Shown: piece after piece, positions 40,645-50,397 of the stretch
Numbering within the stretch: position 1 is the stretch's first letter
How the letters are laid out: each line of letters opens with the position of its first letter
Program-made: the position numbers and the translations under genes
From: Candidatus Woesearchaeota archaeon
GTDB taxonomy: Archaea; Nanobdellota; Nanobdellia; Woesearchaeales; DSVV01
DNA: 64,000 bases
Assembly: GCA_038884615.1 (NCBI GenBank)
Contig: JAWABL010000004.1
Coordinates: 4,479-68,478, forward strand
Direction: 5' to 3'
The notes under the pieces: generated by a model
Seen by the model: the letters and a program-made list of their open reading frames with translations, nothing else
Databases searched by the model: none
Told to the model about the DNA's origin: nothing

Positions 40645-41388
40645 TTGCAGGCGTATATTGCAGAACTATCTGATATATCAGAGGAAAATCTTCATGGTAG
40701 ACTTTCTCTTGCAGTCTATTTTGCAGGCTGCGATTTTCACTGTGTTGGTTGCAACACACCTGCACTTAGAGAGTTTAAAAGCGTCTATATGAAAGAACTT
40801 AGAGAGGTAAAAAACCACATCAAGATGAGAATGCCTACAGCAGTAACTTTTACAGGTGGAGAGCCCTGTCTTCAGAAAGAAGCGCTTTTTGATCTGGCAA
40901 AGTTCTGCCGTAGACTTGGTATAAAAACTGCAATAGAAACAAATGGCTCAAGACCTGATGTTCTCCGTGCTCTCCTTTTAATGGAGCTTATTGATTTTGT
41001 TGCGCTTGACATAAAGGCTCCATTGACAAAAGATATATTCCAAAGGGTTTCTCGTTGCAACACCTTCTTCAAAGGAACAGATTCTGTTATTGAAGACATA
41101 ACATGCAGCATTGATGTTCTTAAGGAGTTTCAAGCAAAAAATCCCAAGCTTGATATAGAGTTTCGCACTACGATTATCCCAGGAAACATCTATAGAAAGG
41201 AGCACATTCTTGAAATAGCCGATAAGATTAGTGGGTTTTATAGCAGGTACAGACTTCAGCAGTACAGGCCTGAGAATGTTGCAGATAAGAATATGAAAAA
41301 CATAAATTCGCCAAGCAAGGAGTTTTTAAAAAATCTTGCAAATGCAATCAGAAAACAGTACCCTGACATGAGAGTGGTTGTTTCATGA
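40645..41388 (+). CDS. Radical SAM activating enzyme (NrdG/PflA/QueE-like)
   Basis: Cx3Cx2C (AGCDFHCVGC) lies near the N-terminus. TFTGGEPCLQ matches the SAM-binding GGE motif. It has a TTG start with an AGGGGGT SD. Confidence 0.7.
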   Translation: MQAYIAELSDISEENLHGRLSLAVYFAGCDFHCVGCNTPALREFKSVYMKELREVKNHIKMRMPTAVTFTGGEPCLQKEALFDLAKFCRRLGIKTAIETNGSRPDVLRALLLMELIDFVALDIKAPLTKDIFQRVSRCNTFFKGTDSVIEDITCSIDVLKEFQAKNPKLDIEFRTTIIPGNIYRKEHILEIADKISGFYSRYRLQQYRPENVADKNMKNINSPSKEFLKNLANAIRKQYPDMRVVVS

Positions 41389-41603
41389 AAGACCCTGATG
41401 TAGGAAAGAAGATTGACTATGCCCATGCTATTATGCATATGTTTCAGTACAACTATAAGGATCAGTGGGTGCCACAAGCAGCATTGATAGGCAGAGATAG
41501 GCTATGGACCCAGACCTTCAATGAGCTTGTAAAGAAGGGCATCATTGAGCGCAAAAAAACATTTTTTGGTTATCAATACCGCTGGAAAGCAAAGTTTCCT
41601 TAA
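41385..41603 (+). CDS. Hypothetical small protein
   Basis: 72-aa ORF overlapping the stop of the upstream gene by 4 nt. Confidence 0.3.
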   Translation: MKDPDVGKKIDYAHAIMHMFQYNYKDQWVPQAALIGRDRLWTQTFNELVKKGIIERKKTFFGYQYRWKAKFP

Positions 41604-41633
41604 TTCCTTTTTGATACTTGATTACTTAGAATT

Positions 41634-42362
41634 TCATTGTCCTAAAAATTCCCTAAAAATCTCAATGCTTTTTCTTTTTGTATCCTCAACAGAGTCAGGA
41701 GGATTTGTATCAAGATACACTACCTTTGTACCTCGCTGCTCAAAAAGTCTCTTTAGCCACTCGCTTTCGTATCTCTCTTCTATCTTTCTTTGGAAAATAA
41801 GGTTCTCAAATATGGCATAGTCCTTCTTCTCCCTTAGCTCTAACCTTTTTATAACAACCTCAGGCTGAACCTTGGTTATTATTAATAAATCTGGTGGATA
41901 CTGAAGCGCAAGCCTATTGCCTGGTAGCGACATTACTGTTGAAAGGTCAATCTTTTCATGCTGTACTGGCTGATAGACAAGTGAGGTTACAACGCCTCTT
42001 TCCTGAACAACTATCATGCCCTTTTTTAAAATAGGTATAATCAATTTCGTATATAATATCTCTCTATCTAGTGCAAACGCATGCGCAGTTGAGAGGGCAG
42101 AATAACTCCTTCCATGACTGTTTACTCTTATTATCTCATCTCTTATAACCTTTCCAATAAGCCCATAAGTCGGCTCTGACGAGATTATCGCATCATACTC
42201 TTTAACTTCCTCACTTTCAGGGATGTTATTACAGGTTTTCCAGTACTCATTCAAATCAAAGATACGCTTTCCTATACTTTCAAGATACTCTTTAATTGCT
42301 GTAACACACACGCCCTTGCCTGAGCCGTCAAGCCCATCAACGATAATAAGTTTTCCTTTCAC
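41634..42362 (-). CDS. P-loop nucleotide kinase (thymidylate kinase / deoxynucleoside kinase-like)
   Basis: KLIIVDGLDGSGKG is the P-loop of the dTMP-kinase type (I-x-G-x-D-G-S-GK). ERG..TSLVYQ is lid-like. It lies near dut, thyA and folA. Confidence 0.5.
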   Translation of the reverse strand: MKGKLIIVDGLDGSGKGVCVTAIKEYLESIGKRIFDLNEYWKTCNNIPESEEVKEYDAIISSEPTYGLIGKVIRDEIIRVNSHGRSYSALSTAHAFALDREILYTKLIIPILKKGMIVVQERGVVTSLVYQPVQHEKIDLSTVMSLPGNRLALQYPPDLLIITKVQPEVVIKRLELREKKDYAIFENLIFQRKIEERYESEWLKRLFEQRGTKVVYLDTNPPDSVEDTKRKSIEIFREFLGQ

Positions 42363-42582
42363 TCTGTCGTGTAAACATAAAATAATATATTAATATTTTG
42401 ATGTTTAGTTTAGGTAGATTGTTATTTCCTCTCTATTTTCTACTTTTATCTTCTTTTCTATAATCTTCTTTCTTAAATTTTCTTTCTTATATCTTGCTTA
42501 CTATAGAAAGTAACAGAGACGAACATAAATTAATAAATAACTAAATATTTATAAATAACAACTTTGTTATAGCATCCAAGGG

Positions 42583-43152
42583 GTGATACAAATGAATTGG
42601 CTATTGTGGGGTTTTTTTGGAGTTGCAGCGTTTTTTTTGCTTTGGATAGCTTTCGCATACAACAGGCTTATTGTGCTCAGGACAAGAATAGATAATGCGT
42701 GGTCTCAGATAGATGTTCAGCTTAAGAGAAGATATGATCTTATACCTAATCTTGTAGAAACAGTTAAGGGGTATGCAAAGCACGAGCGGAAAGTTTTTGA
42801 GGAAGTTACAAAGGCACGTAGCGCATGGGCGAATGCAAAATCAGTTCAGGAAAAGGTGCAAGCGTCAGAAGGTCTTGCAGGAGTTCTTAAGTCTTTGTTT
42901 GCAGTTGCAGAGAACTATCCAACTCTCAAGGCGAATGAAAACTTCAAGATGCTTCAGGAAGAGCTTTCAGGAACTGAGTCAAAGATAGCCTATAGCAGGC
43001 AGTTCTATAACGACAATGTTATGGTCTATAACGCAAAGCTTCAGATGTTTCCTACAAACATTTTAGCGAGGTTGTTTAATTTTACCCAGCGTGAATTTTT
43101 CAAGACTGATACAGAAGAGGAGAGGAAGCCTGTTAAAGTAAAATTTGATTAG
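42583..43152 (+). CDS. lemA: LemA-family membrane protein
   Basis: An N-terminal TM helix is followed by the full LemA core ([43 protein letters not shown]...[13 protein letters not shown]...QFYND). Confidence 0.85.
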   Translation: MIQMNWLLWGFFGVAAFFLLWIAFAYNRLIVLRTRIDNAWSQIDVQLKRRYDLIPNLVETVKGYAKHERKVFEEVTKARSAWANAKSVQEKVQASEGLAGVLKSLFAVAENYPTLKANENFKMLQEELSGTESKIAYSRQFYNDNVMVYNAKLQMFPTNILARLFNFTQREFFKTDTEEERKPVKVKFD

Positions 43153-43216
43153 ATGTTTGCTGCTAAAAGCGAATTTGGCAACAAAAAGAAGCTGCAAAAG
43201 TAGGTTCATCTAAAAA

Positions 43217-44122
43217 ATGGAGACACTATATGATAGAATAAGCGTCAACAAAAGAAGCACTTATTTACTTGTTTTTCTTTTTACCTGTATTATTGGATTT
43301 TTGGGGTATATGTTTGGTTTGTATATGGGTTCTCCATATGTCGGGCTTGCAGTAGCACTTACAATTGCAGTTGCACTATCGCTTTTCTCGTATTTTGAAG
43401 GCGCGAGCGCAATCCTCGAACTCTCTGGTGCAAGGCTTGCTAAAAAAGAAAATTTTTCTTATCTTATAAATACCGTAGAGGGCTTATCAATTGCAGCCGG
43501 AATTCCAGCACCAAAGGTTTATGTTATTGATGAGGACTCTATAAACGCATTTGCTACAGGCCGGGACCCAGAGCATGCAAGCATTGCTGTGACGACAGGT
43601 GCGCTGAAAAAACTTAACCGGTCAGAACTTGAGGGTGTAATAGCGCATGAAATAAGCCACATAAAAAATTATGATATCCGTCTTATGATGATTGTTGTTA
43701 TTCTTGTTGGTGTTGCTGCTCTTTTAAGCGATATGATATTAAGGACCTTTATATATGGAAAAGGTCGTCGTAACGCCCATGAAAACCGAGGGGGTGTTTT
43801 TTTTGTTGTATTGCTTACAGCAGGACTTATCCTTGCAGTGCTTTCGCCTATAATAGCGCAGATAATAAAATTCGCCATATCACGAAGGAGGGAGTATCTT
43901 GCAGATGCAGATGGTGCCCTTCTAACAAGACATCCAAAAGCTCTTGCAAATGCACTTAGAAAAATAAAAAATGATAATGATAGGATTGTTGACTCTGCAA
44001 ACAAGGTAACTGCTCACCTCTGGATAGAAAATCCTTTGCGTAAATATGAAGGTGTAATAAACAGGATGTTCAGCACACATCCACCTATAGAAGAGCGGAT
44101 AAAAATTCTTGAATCAATGTAG
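43217..44122 (+). CDS. htpX: HtpX-like M48 zinc metalloprotease
   Basis: HEXXH is present (IAHEISHIKNYD). There are four TM segments. The C-terminal motif EYLADADGALLT matches M48. The pairing with LemA is typical. Confidence 0.85.
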   Translation: METLYDRISVNKRSTYLLVFLFTCIIGFLGYMFGLYMGSPYVGLAVALTIAVALSLFSYFEGASAILELSGARLAKKENFSYLINTVEGLSIAAGIPAPKVYVIDEDSINAFATGRDPEHASIAVTTGALKKLNRSELEGVIAHEISHIKNYDIRLMMIVVILVGVAALLSDMILRTFIYGKGRRNAHENRGGVFFVVLLTAGLILAVLSPIIAQIIKFAISRRREYLADADGALLTRHPKALANALRKIKNDNDRIVDSANKVTAHLWIENPLRKYEGVINRMFSTHPPIEERIKILESM

Positions 44123-44261
44123 CTATTCTGGTAAATAAAATATGCGTCAAAGAACTCGCATACCCAACTTATCTCTAAACTTAAAAATAAACTAATAGCG
44201 CCAAAAAAGAGGAACATAAAAAAATAACACTTATAAATTAGTTTTCCTTTCCTAACTATTT

Positions 44262-44513
44262 ATGTATGAGAAATTAGCATTATGTGCAAAACATTTTCAT
44301 GGCAAATATTATTCGCTTAAAGATATAAAAGAACAAATTCGCGCATATGGGTATACCTCATGTTTAAGCAGTACTATGGCCTTTATTGTGGCAAGGAGCG
44401 GTTTTTTTGTGCGTGAAGAAGGTAACCTTGCCCTTTATTTTCTTAAAAAAGACACACACCATACTTTTTCATGGCAGCAAACCAAAGTGTCGTCTTTAGA
44501 CTTAATTTTATAG
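44262..44513 (+). CDS. Hypothetical small protein
   Basis: 83-aa ORF. No recognised motif. Confidence 0.3.
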   Translation: MYEKLALCAKHFHGKYYSLKDIKEQIRAYGYTSCLSSTMAFIVARSGFFVREEGNLALYFLKKDTHHTFSWQQTKVSSLDLIL

Positions 44514-44653
44514 TTTTTTTGGTTAATAATCTAATAAGCCGATGCTGAACTAATATAGTTACTACAAATATTTTATGGTTTAATATACCTGGTTAATATA
44601 TACGGTTAATATAATATAAATAATATAAATAAACTCTACACTAAATATCTTAA

Positions 44654-45163
44654 CTAATCAGGTGTTTTTGCAGGACTAGATGCTAGATGCTTTATTCTTT
44701 CGTATTTTAAAAAACTGTATCCGTTATGTTTTTCTTCATTTACACGGCGCCATTCTTTCCAGTCAATATGAGGGAACACGACGTCTCCAATTGGGCTTGT
44801 ATGTACTCGCGTAATTTCAAGTGTATTAGCATCTTTAAGAGCCGTCCTGTAAACAGAGGCGCCTCCGCACACGAAAACCTTTTCTCTATTTTTTAAATAT
44901 GAGATGGCACTCTCCCATGATTCAAACACTTTTGCACCTTTCGCACGATAATTGCGGTTAGTTGTTAGAACTATATTCTCTCTTCCAGGGAGAGGTCTAG
45001 CATTGTCCGGCAGGGACTCGTAGGTAAGCCTGCCCATCACACATGCATGTCCCATTGTAAGCTTTTTGAAGTGCATGAAATCTTCTTTTATATGCCATGG
45101 AATTTTTCCATCCTTCCCTATAACACCGTTCTCAGCAACTGCAGCAATTATGATGATTTCCAT
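44654..45163 (-). CDS. folA: Dihydrofolate reductase
   Basis: MEIIIIAAVAENGVIGKDGKIPWHIKEDFMHFKKLT has the DHFR signature (I-G-x-x-x-x-x-P-W ... F-x-x-x-T). VCGGASVY is the C-terminal GG motif. Confidence 0.85.
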   Translation of the reverse strand: MEIIIIAAVAENGVIGKDGKIPWHIKEDFMHFKKLTMGHACVMGRLTYESLPDNARPLPGRENIVLTTNRNYRAKGAKVFESWESAISYLKNREKVFVCGGASVYRTALKDANTLEITRVHTSPIGDVVFPHIDWKEWRRVNEEKHNGYSFLKYERIKHLASSPAKTPD

Positions 45164-45177
45164 TGTAGCACGGCTCT

Positions 45178-46044
45178 TTAAACTGAAATCTCAAAATGTA
45201 TTTTAGGATGGCAGCGATAGTCTAATATTTCAGAGTCAGTATACTCCCATTCAAATATTGACTTAAATCTCTCTGTTTTTATTTTTGGCAATGGAAACGG
45301 TTCTCTGCCAAGCTGTTCTCTTAGTCCTTGTATGTGGTTAAGATAGATATGTGTGTCGCCGAGAAAACCAACAAGCCTGCCTTCCTTTAATCCAGACTCT
45401 TTTGCAAGAAGATGCAGTAGCAGCCCATATCCGGCGATATTGAACGGTAGCCCAAGTGCAACATCCACGGATCTCTGGCTCCACATAAGACTTAGCTTAT
45501 CTTCTATTACAACAACCTGAAAACAAAAATGGCATGGAGGAAGAGCCATTCTTGGCAGGTCAGTAGGGTTCCAGGCGCTTACAATCATTCGTCTGTCTGA
45601 AGGATTCTTCTTTAGAGTTTCAACGACACAACGTAGTTGGTCAATGCCGTTGCTTTGTGGTGGTTTATCGTATGAAACATATTTCGCGCCGAAATTGCGC
45701 CACTGCCAACCGTATATCGGCCCAAGCTCTATCTCCTCCATCATCTTTTTTTTTGTTTCCTCATCATGCCCATATTTTACTTTCTCAGGGCTGCACCACT
45801 CGTCCCAGATATGGTTGTTTCTTTCCTGCAACCATTTCTTGTTTGTTATGCCCTTTATGAAAAACTCCATTTCAGACGCAATAAGTCTGAACGGCATTTT
45901 TTTGGTAGTAAGGAGCGGAAACCCCTCAGGCATGTTATGTTCAAACATCACGCCAGCAATGGCAAGTGTTCCTGTTCCTGTCCTATCATCCTTTCTTTGC
46001 CCTTGCTCCAGAATTTTTCTGACAATATCCAAATAGCCTTTCAT
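45178..46044 (-). CDS. thyA: Thymidylate synthase (ThyA, bacterial/eukaryotic type)
   Basis: DRTGTGT is present. The catalytic Cys lies in ALPPCHFCFQVVV, which matches the ThyA active-site pattern. Length is 288 aa. Confidence 0.9.
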   Translation of the reverse strand: MKGYLDIVRKILEQGQRKDDRTGTGTLAIAGVMFEHNMPEGFPLLTTKKMPFRLIASEMEFFIKGITNKKWLQERNNHIWDEWCSPEKVKYGHDEETKKKMMEEIELGPIYGWQWRNFGAKYVSYDKPPQSNGIDQLRCVVETLKKNPSDRRMIVSAWNPTDLPRMALPPCHFCFQVVVIEDKLSLMWSQRSVDVALGLPFNIAGYGLLLHLLAKESGLKEGRLVGFLGDTHIYLNHIQGLREQLGREPFPLPKIKTERFKSIFEWEYTDSEILDYRCHPKIHFEISV

Positions 46045-46068
46045 GAAAAACTGGTATTGAGCTATGTT

Positions 46069-47439
46069 TTAAATAGTTTGCTGGATGTTGCTTACATAAA
46101 GATGGCCTGAAAAATCTGTTATTACAATCGGGCCGTTTGAAACTCCAATTCGTTGTGCAACAATCTTCTGTAGGCTGGCAAGAGCATATATATTTGGAAC
46201 AAACGCGCCCTCTCCTTTAATGAGCCTTCCATCATGCGTGACTGTCGCAATATGATGACTTCTGTAAAGTGCGTGCATTTCAAGTTTGTTCTCTCTTACA
46301 ACAAACCACAGTATGTCAAGGCAGGGGCTATTCTCGCGCTCAATATCATCTTGGCTGTCCCATAGAGATATTGTAGCCCTTCTAGTGTTTGGTTTAGAGA
46401 TAAGAAGTTTAACCACTTTTTCAACCTGGTTGCCCCATCTTTTGAAAATCCTGTTGTGATAGGTATAGACAAAATCGTCCAAAATATTCTCTCCACCGTT
46501 CAAGAACTCATCGGTATATTTTTTTAAATACTCCTCAGAAAATCCGTCGGGTATGCTTTTCAGCGGCTCAAGTATTGTTATAGATATGCTTCTGCATTCT
46601 ATAATCATTATGCCGCGCTGATCCCTAAGCATTGTTCCATTTTTGTATATAAACGCCGCAGCCTGAGTAAGTGCATCTGTCAGTGTCTCTGCTTGAACCG
46701 ATTGGCCGATAGTCGTTGCGAGTGCTCTCTCCTCAAATATTATATTTTCAGCTGCTTGTGCAAGCTCAAGCAACATTGGTTCGTCAAATCTGCAACCGCC
46801 ATCGTAAATCTTTTTACAGGATGCTTTACAGAGTGTATTTGTTATAAATTCAAACCCCTCAGGTGTTTCAATAGCATTTTGTGGTTCTTGAATGCACCCT
46901 CGAACAAGATGCTCTATCCTGTCAAAGTCACCAAAACTGAGATCTCTGCCAATAATCAAGTCGCATTGCTTTCTTATTCTTTCAAGTGCTTCAATTGGTA
47001 CACCTTCAAATTTTGGATTTGCCGCTTTTGTGTTCAGGATTATTCCATTGCTGTTTGTTCCATTCTTCCAGAATTTTTCAAGGGCATCTACAAGCATATG
47101 GCCATTGTCTTTTTTGTCAAACACAAGCAAGATAATTTTGTTTATGTTTGGGTTTGAGAGCAGGTTGGCAAACACATATTTTGCACCGTTGGTTGTTCTC
47201 CAAAAACCAGTCAGTGCGCAGTAGTTTGAAATTTTCAAAAAGAACTGTCTTATTTCTTCAGGCGGCAAATCGCTTTTCCATGTATACACAAATGCGACAG
47301 CCACATTTGATGTAGGGTTTCCTGATACGACATCTTTGGAATTGAAGAGCTGGACTTTTGGAATCTCATTTTGTTCATATACTATTTTTTTAATATCCCT
47401 TATAAGAAAAGGATCATACCCAATTTTAATCGTTTTCAT
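46069..47439 (-). CDS. Fusion protein: unknown N-terminal domain (about 235 aa) plus a compact thymidylate-synthase-like (ThyA-fold) C-terminal domain
   Basis: C-terminal residues align to ThyA landmarks. The matches are VEKVVKLLISKPNTRRATISLWD, SPCLDILWFVV (nucleophile Cys), LYRSHH, PNIYALASL and ITDFSGHLY. The N-terminal half has no P-loop or other recognisable motif. Confidence 0.6.
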   Translation of the reverse strand: MKTIKIGYDPFLIRDIKKIVYEQNEIPKVQLFNSKDVVSGNPTSNVAVAFVYTWKSDLPPEEIRQFFLKISNYCALTGFWRTTNGAKYVFANLLSNPNINKIILLVFDKKDNGHMLVDALEKFWKNGTNSNGIILNTKAANPKFEGVPIEALERIRKQCDLIIGRDLSFGDFDRIEHLVRGCIQEPQNAIETPEGFEFITNTLCKASCKKIYDGGCRFDEPMLLELAQAAENIIFEERALATTIGQSVQAETLTDALTQAAAFIYKNGTMLRDQRGIMIIECRSISITILEPLKSIPDGFSEEYLKKYTDEFLNGGENILDDFVYTYHNRIFKRWGNQVEKVVKLLISKPNTRRATISLWDSQDDIERENSPCLDILWFVVRENKLEMHALYRSHHIATVTHDGRLIKGEGAFVPNIYALASLQKIVAQRIGVSNGPIVITDFSGHLYVSNIQQTI

Positions 47440-47652
47440 AGGTTAAGTTAATCTTAAATAATATATAAAGATTGTACATGCCTATTTATAAATAATTATA
47501 AATAATATCAACGAGATGTAAACAATATCAACAAGACATACTAAAGTCCTATTAGAATACATGTTTCTTAAAGTTAGGGTGCTGAGGTCTAATCTTAATT
47601 ACTTTTTATAATAATTACTTTTATAAACTCTTTTTAATCTAGCATATGCAGT

Positions 47653-48231
47653 ATGATTGTAGGTTTGACAGGGCCAAGCGGTTCAGGCAAGGGGAGTGTT
47701 GCAGACTATCTTATTGAAAAGGGATTTGTCTACCTGTCGCTGTCAAACTTTTTGCGTGAAGAGGCTAAAAAAATTGGAGTGCCTGATACAAGACTTGCGT
47801 TACAGGACCTTGGAAATAGGCTTAGGCGTAGAAACGGGCCAGGGTTTCTTGCAGAACTTGCTGTAAAAAAGATTTTATCCGATAAAAATTATAAACATAA
47901 AAACTATGTTGTAGACAGCATAAGGAACCCTGAGGAAGTGCAGTGCTTAAGACGACTTTGTGACTTTTTTTTAATATCTGTTGATGCTCCAGTTGAAGTT
48001 AGATACAAAAGAATCATTGCACGAGGAAGAGAAGAGAATGCCCCTACATTAACAAGATTTATAGAGATTGAAAAGAGAGAGAACGAAGAAGGGCCGGAGA
48101 GGATACAGGTTTTAAAGTGTATGGAGCTGGCAGATTTCTTTATAAATAACAATAGAACTCTTGCAGACCTTAAACTGAAAACAAAAAAGACCCTAAAAAA
48201 TATAACTGAAAGACTCACTCAATCTTTATGA
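47653..48231 (+). CDS. P-loop kinase (dephospho-CoA kinase / dNMP kinase-like)
   Basis: MIVGLTGPSGSGKGSVADYL is a Walker A of the CoaE/dNMP-kinase type. Length 192 aa. It lies adjacent to the ThyA-like fusion and thyA-folA. Confidence 0.5.
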   Translation: MIVGLTGPSGSGKGSVADYLIEKGFVYLSLSNFLREEAKKIGVPDTRLALQDLGNRLRRRNGPGFLAELAVKKILSDKNYKHKNYVVDSIRNPEEVQCLRRLCDFFLISVDAPVEVRYKRIIARGREENAPTLTRFIEIEKRENEEGPERIQVLKCMELADFFINNNRTLADLKLKTKKTLKNITERLTQSL

Positions 48232-48460
48232 GTTTTGTTGAGTTTTTTACACCCCTTAATATTTTTGCATTTTTATTGGTAAGCTTTTTGAGATATTTTA
48301 TTATCTCTATGTTTGCAGCACCGTTTTCAGGAGCTGCATGAACATCCATTTTTAAGACCCTTCCATCCCATGCGGTTATTTTTGTTTCAGGCATCCTTGT
48401 TTTTGCCTTTACACAAAAAGTTCCGGAACAAAGGTCTCTTATAGAATTCGTTGCTTCCAT
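48215..48460 (-). CDS. DUF167 (YggU/UPF0235-like) protein
   Basis: 81 aa. VKAKTRMPETKI...LKMDVHAAPENGAANIEIIKYL...ILRGVKNSTKLIKI matches the DUF167 pattern A-x-P-x-x-G-x-A-N. Confidence 0.5.
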   Translation of the reverse strand: MEATNSIRDLCSGTFCVKAKTRMPETKITAWDGRVLKMDVHAAPENGAANIEIIKYLKKLTNKNAKILRGVKNSTKLIKIE

Positions 48461-48472
48461 CTTATTGCTTAT

Positions 48473-48781
48473 TTAATGGCTTTTATGTATAATCTGTGAT
48501 TCAATCTTTTTCAGTACCTTGTCTACTGCAAAAAGCAGGTTTCTATCCTCAACTTCAGCATGATATATATGGTCTGTTGTAAGTTTTGCCTGAAGCTCAA
48601 AAACTTGTGAATCTTCTCGCTCATGAACCTTTTTAAGCGTGAGGTTTAGCCTCTGGAATTTAGGGTTGTGCTGGTTTAAATCCTTAACAAAATTCCCTAC
48701 TATCTTTTTTATTATTATCATATTACCGCCGTCAATATCCTTAAATCCTGCAAGCTCTATATTCCCGCCAAGCTCTATCAT
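48473..48781 (-). CDS. Ribosome hibernation-promoting factor (HPF/RaiA)-like protein
   Basis: 102 aa. The C-terminal AEVEDRNLLFAVDKVLKKIESQIIHKSH parallels the HPF signature (...DMYAAIDGLIDKLARQLTKHKDK). This is a weak remote similarity. Confidence 0.4.
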   Translation of the reverse strand: MIELGGNIELAGFKDIDGGNMIIIKKIVGNFVKDLNQHNPKFQRLNLTLKKVHEREDSQVFELQAKLTTDHIYHAEVEDRNLLFAVDKVLKKIESQIIHKSH

Positions 48782-49137
48782 GTTGCTTCACCACTTACTA
48801 TCGTTTTTTGTATTCTATTTTTATTTTTGTTTCTTCTTTTTTAGATTTATATTCTTAATTATTAAATTATTATTATATCACTCTTATATAATACCCTCTT
48901 ATACTCACTATATTTACCTATCTAAATATTTAAATGTTGTGTTTGAACCCAGCTTGTTTGTTAGCGAATAATTATATCGTGAATAAATATCTAATTAGAC
49001 CTAGGATAGACATAGAATATATAATATACATAATACTCTGATACACATAATATAAACGTAGGAGTATTATTATACAAAAGTATAAAGGGGCACAAACAAT
49101 TTAGTCTTAGATTTAATTTATGGTTATAGGTGGGCTT

Positions 49138-50397
49138 ATGGTTAGGATATACATCAAAACATTTGGTTGTAGTGCAAACCAAAGTGACTCTGAAATAATG
49201 GAAGGTATATTGGTAGATTCAGGCACTGAGATAGTTCATTGTATAGAGAATGCAGACATGGTTGTGGTAAACACCTGCACAGTTAAATCAGCCACAGAAG
49301 TAGGGGTCATAAGGTATCTTAAGCGGCTTCCGAAGATTCCTGTGGTTGTTACAGGTTGCCTTGCACAGGCAAGGCCAGAATTATTCACCGACTATACTGT
49401 TTTGGGCACTTACCATATCCATAGAATAAAGGATGCTGTTCTAAGCGCACTTGCAAATAAACCTGAAAAATATCTTAATATGGAGCATGACGAGCAAATG
49501 ATGAAAAGAAAAAAGCTTGAGCTTCCTTATGTAAGAAAAAACAAGGTTATTGAGATTCTGCCTATCTCTGTTGGCTGTCTTGGTGAGTGTAGCTACTGTC
49601 ATACGAAGTTTGCAAAAGGGAGGCTCGTTTCGTTTCGAGAATATGATGTTGTTAATCGAGCAAAAAAAGCAATAGCAGAAGGAGCCAAAGAAATATGGCT
49701 TACTTCACAGGACACTGCAGCATATGGTATAGATACCGGCACAAACCTCGTCTCGCTCCTAGAAAAGCTAGTTAAAATTGATGGTGATTTTCATATCAGG
49801 CTTGGAATGGCCAACCCTGAGCATATCATGCCATTAAAAAAAAGACTTTCGTATATTCTAAAAAATGATAAGATGTTTAAGTTCCTCCATATCCCTGTTC
49901 AGTCAGGCAATGATAGAATTCTTGGGCTTATGGAAAGAAAATATACAACAAAGGATTTTATAGAGACCATATCTTACTTCCGCAGAGAGATACCCAAAAT
50001 AACCATCTCTACAGATATAATCTGTGGTTTTCCTGGTGAAACGGATAAAGAGTTCTTAGATACTTTAAAACTTGTAGAGGAGGTAAAACCTGGAGTATTA
50101 AACATTAGTAGATATTCGCAGAGACCAGGAACAAAATCAGCGGCTCTTAAACCACAAGCAGGAAGCGTCATAAAATCACGCTCCAGAGCGGCTACAAAAC
50201 TGTTTTCCAAAATCAGCCTTCAGGAAAATAGAAAATGGATTGGTTGGCATGGTTGGGTTCTTGTTGATGAATATCATAAGAGTTTTGTCGGAAGAAATTA
50301 TGCTTACAAGCAGGTAGTTTTAAGCGAAGCACATACACTTGGAACAAAAGTAAATGTTAAGGTAAAAAGTGTGACCTCTTATGATCTTAGAGCCTAG
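49138..50397 (+). CDS. MiaB-family tRNA methylthiotransferase (archaeal MtaB/e-MtaB type; radical SAM plus TRAM)
   Basis: An MTTase N-domain is present (YIKTFGCSANQSDSEIMEG...VNTCTVK). Radical SAM is VGCLGECSYC. A TRAM-like C-terminus is present. GGTGGG SD precedes the ATG at 49138. The track start is 18 nt upstream. Confidence 0.85.
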   Translation: MVRIYIKTFGCSANQSDSEIMEGILVDSGTEIVHCIENADMVVVNTCTVKSATEVGVIRYLKRLPKIPVVVTGCLAQARPELFTDYTVLGTYHIHRIKDAVLSALANKPEKYLNMEHDEQMMKRKKLELPYVRKNKVIEILPISVGCLGECSYCHTKFAKGRLVSFREYDVVNRAKKAIAEGAKEIWLTSQDTAAYGIDTGTNLVSLLEKLVKIDGDFHIRLGMANPEHIMPLKKRLSYILKNDKMFKFLHIPVQSGNDRILGLMERKYTTKDFIETISYFRREIPKITISTDIICGFPGETDKEFLDTLKLVEEVKPGVLNISRYSQRPGTKSAALKPQAGSVIKSRSRAATKLFSKISLQENRKWIGWHGWVLVDEYHKSFVGRNYAYKQVVLSEAHTLGTKVNVKVKSVTSYDLRA

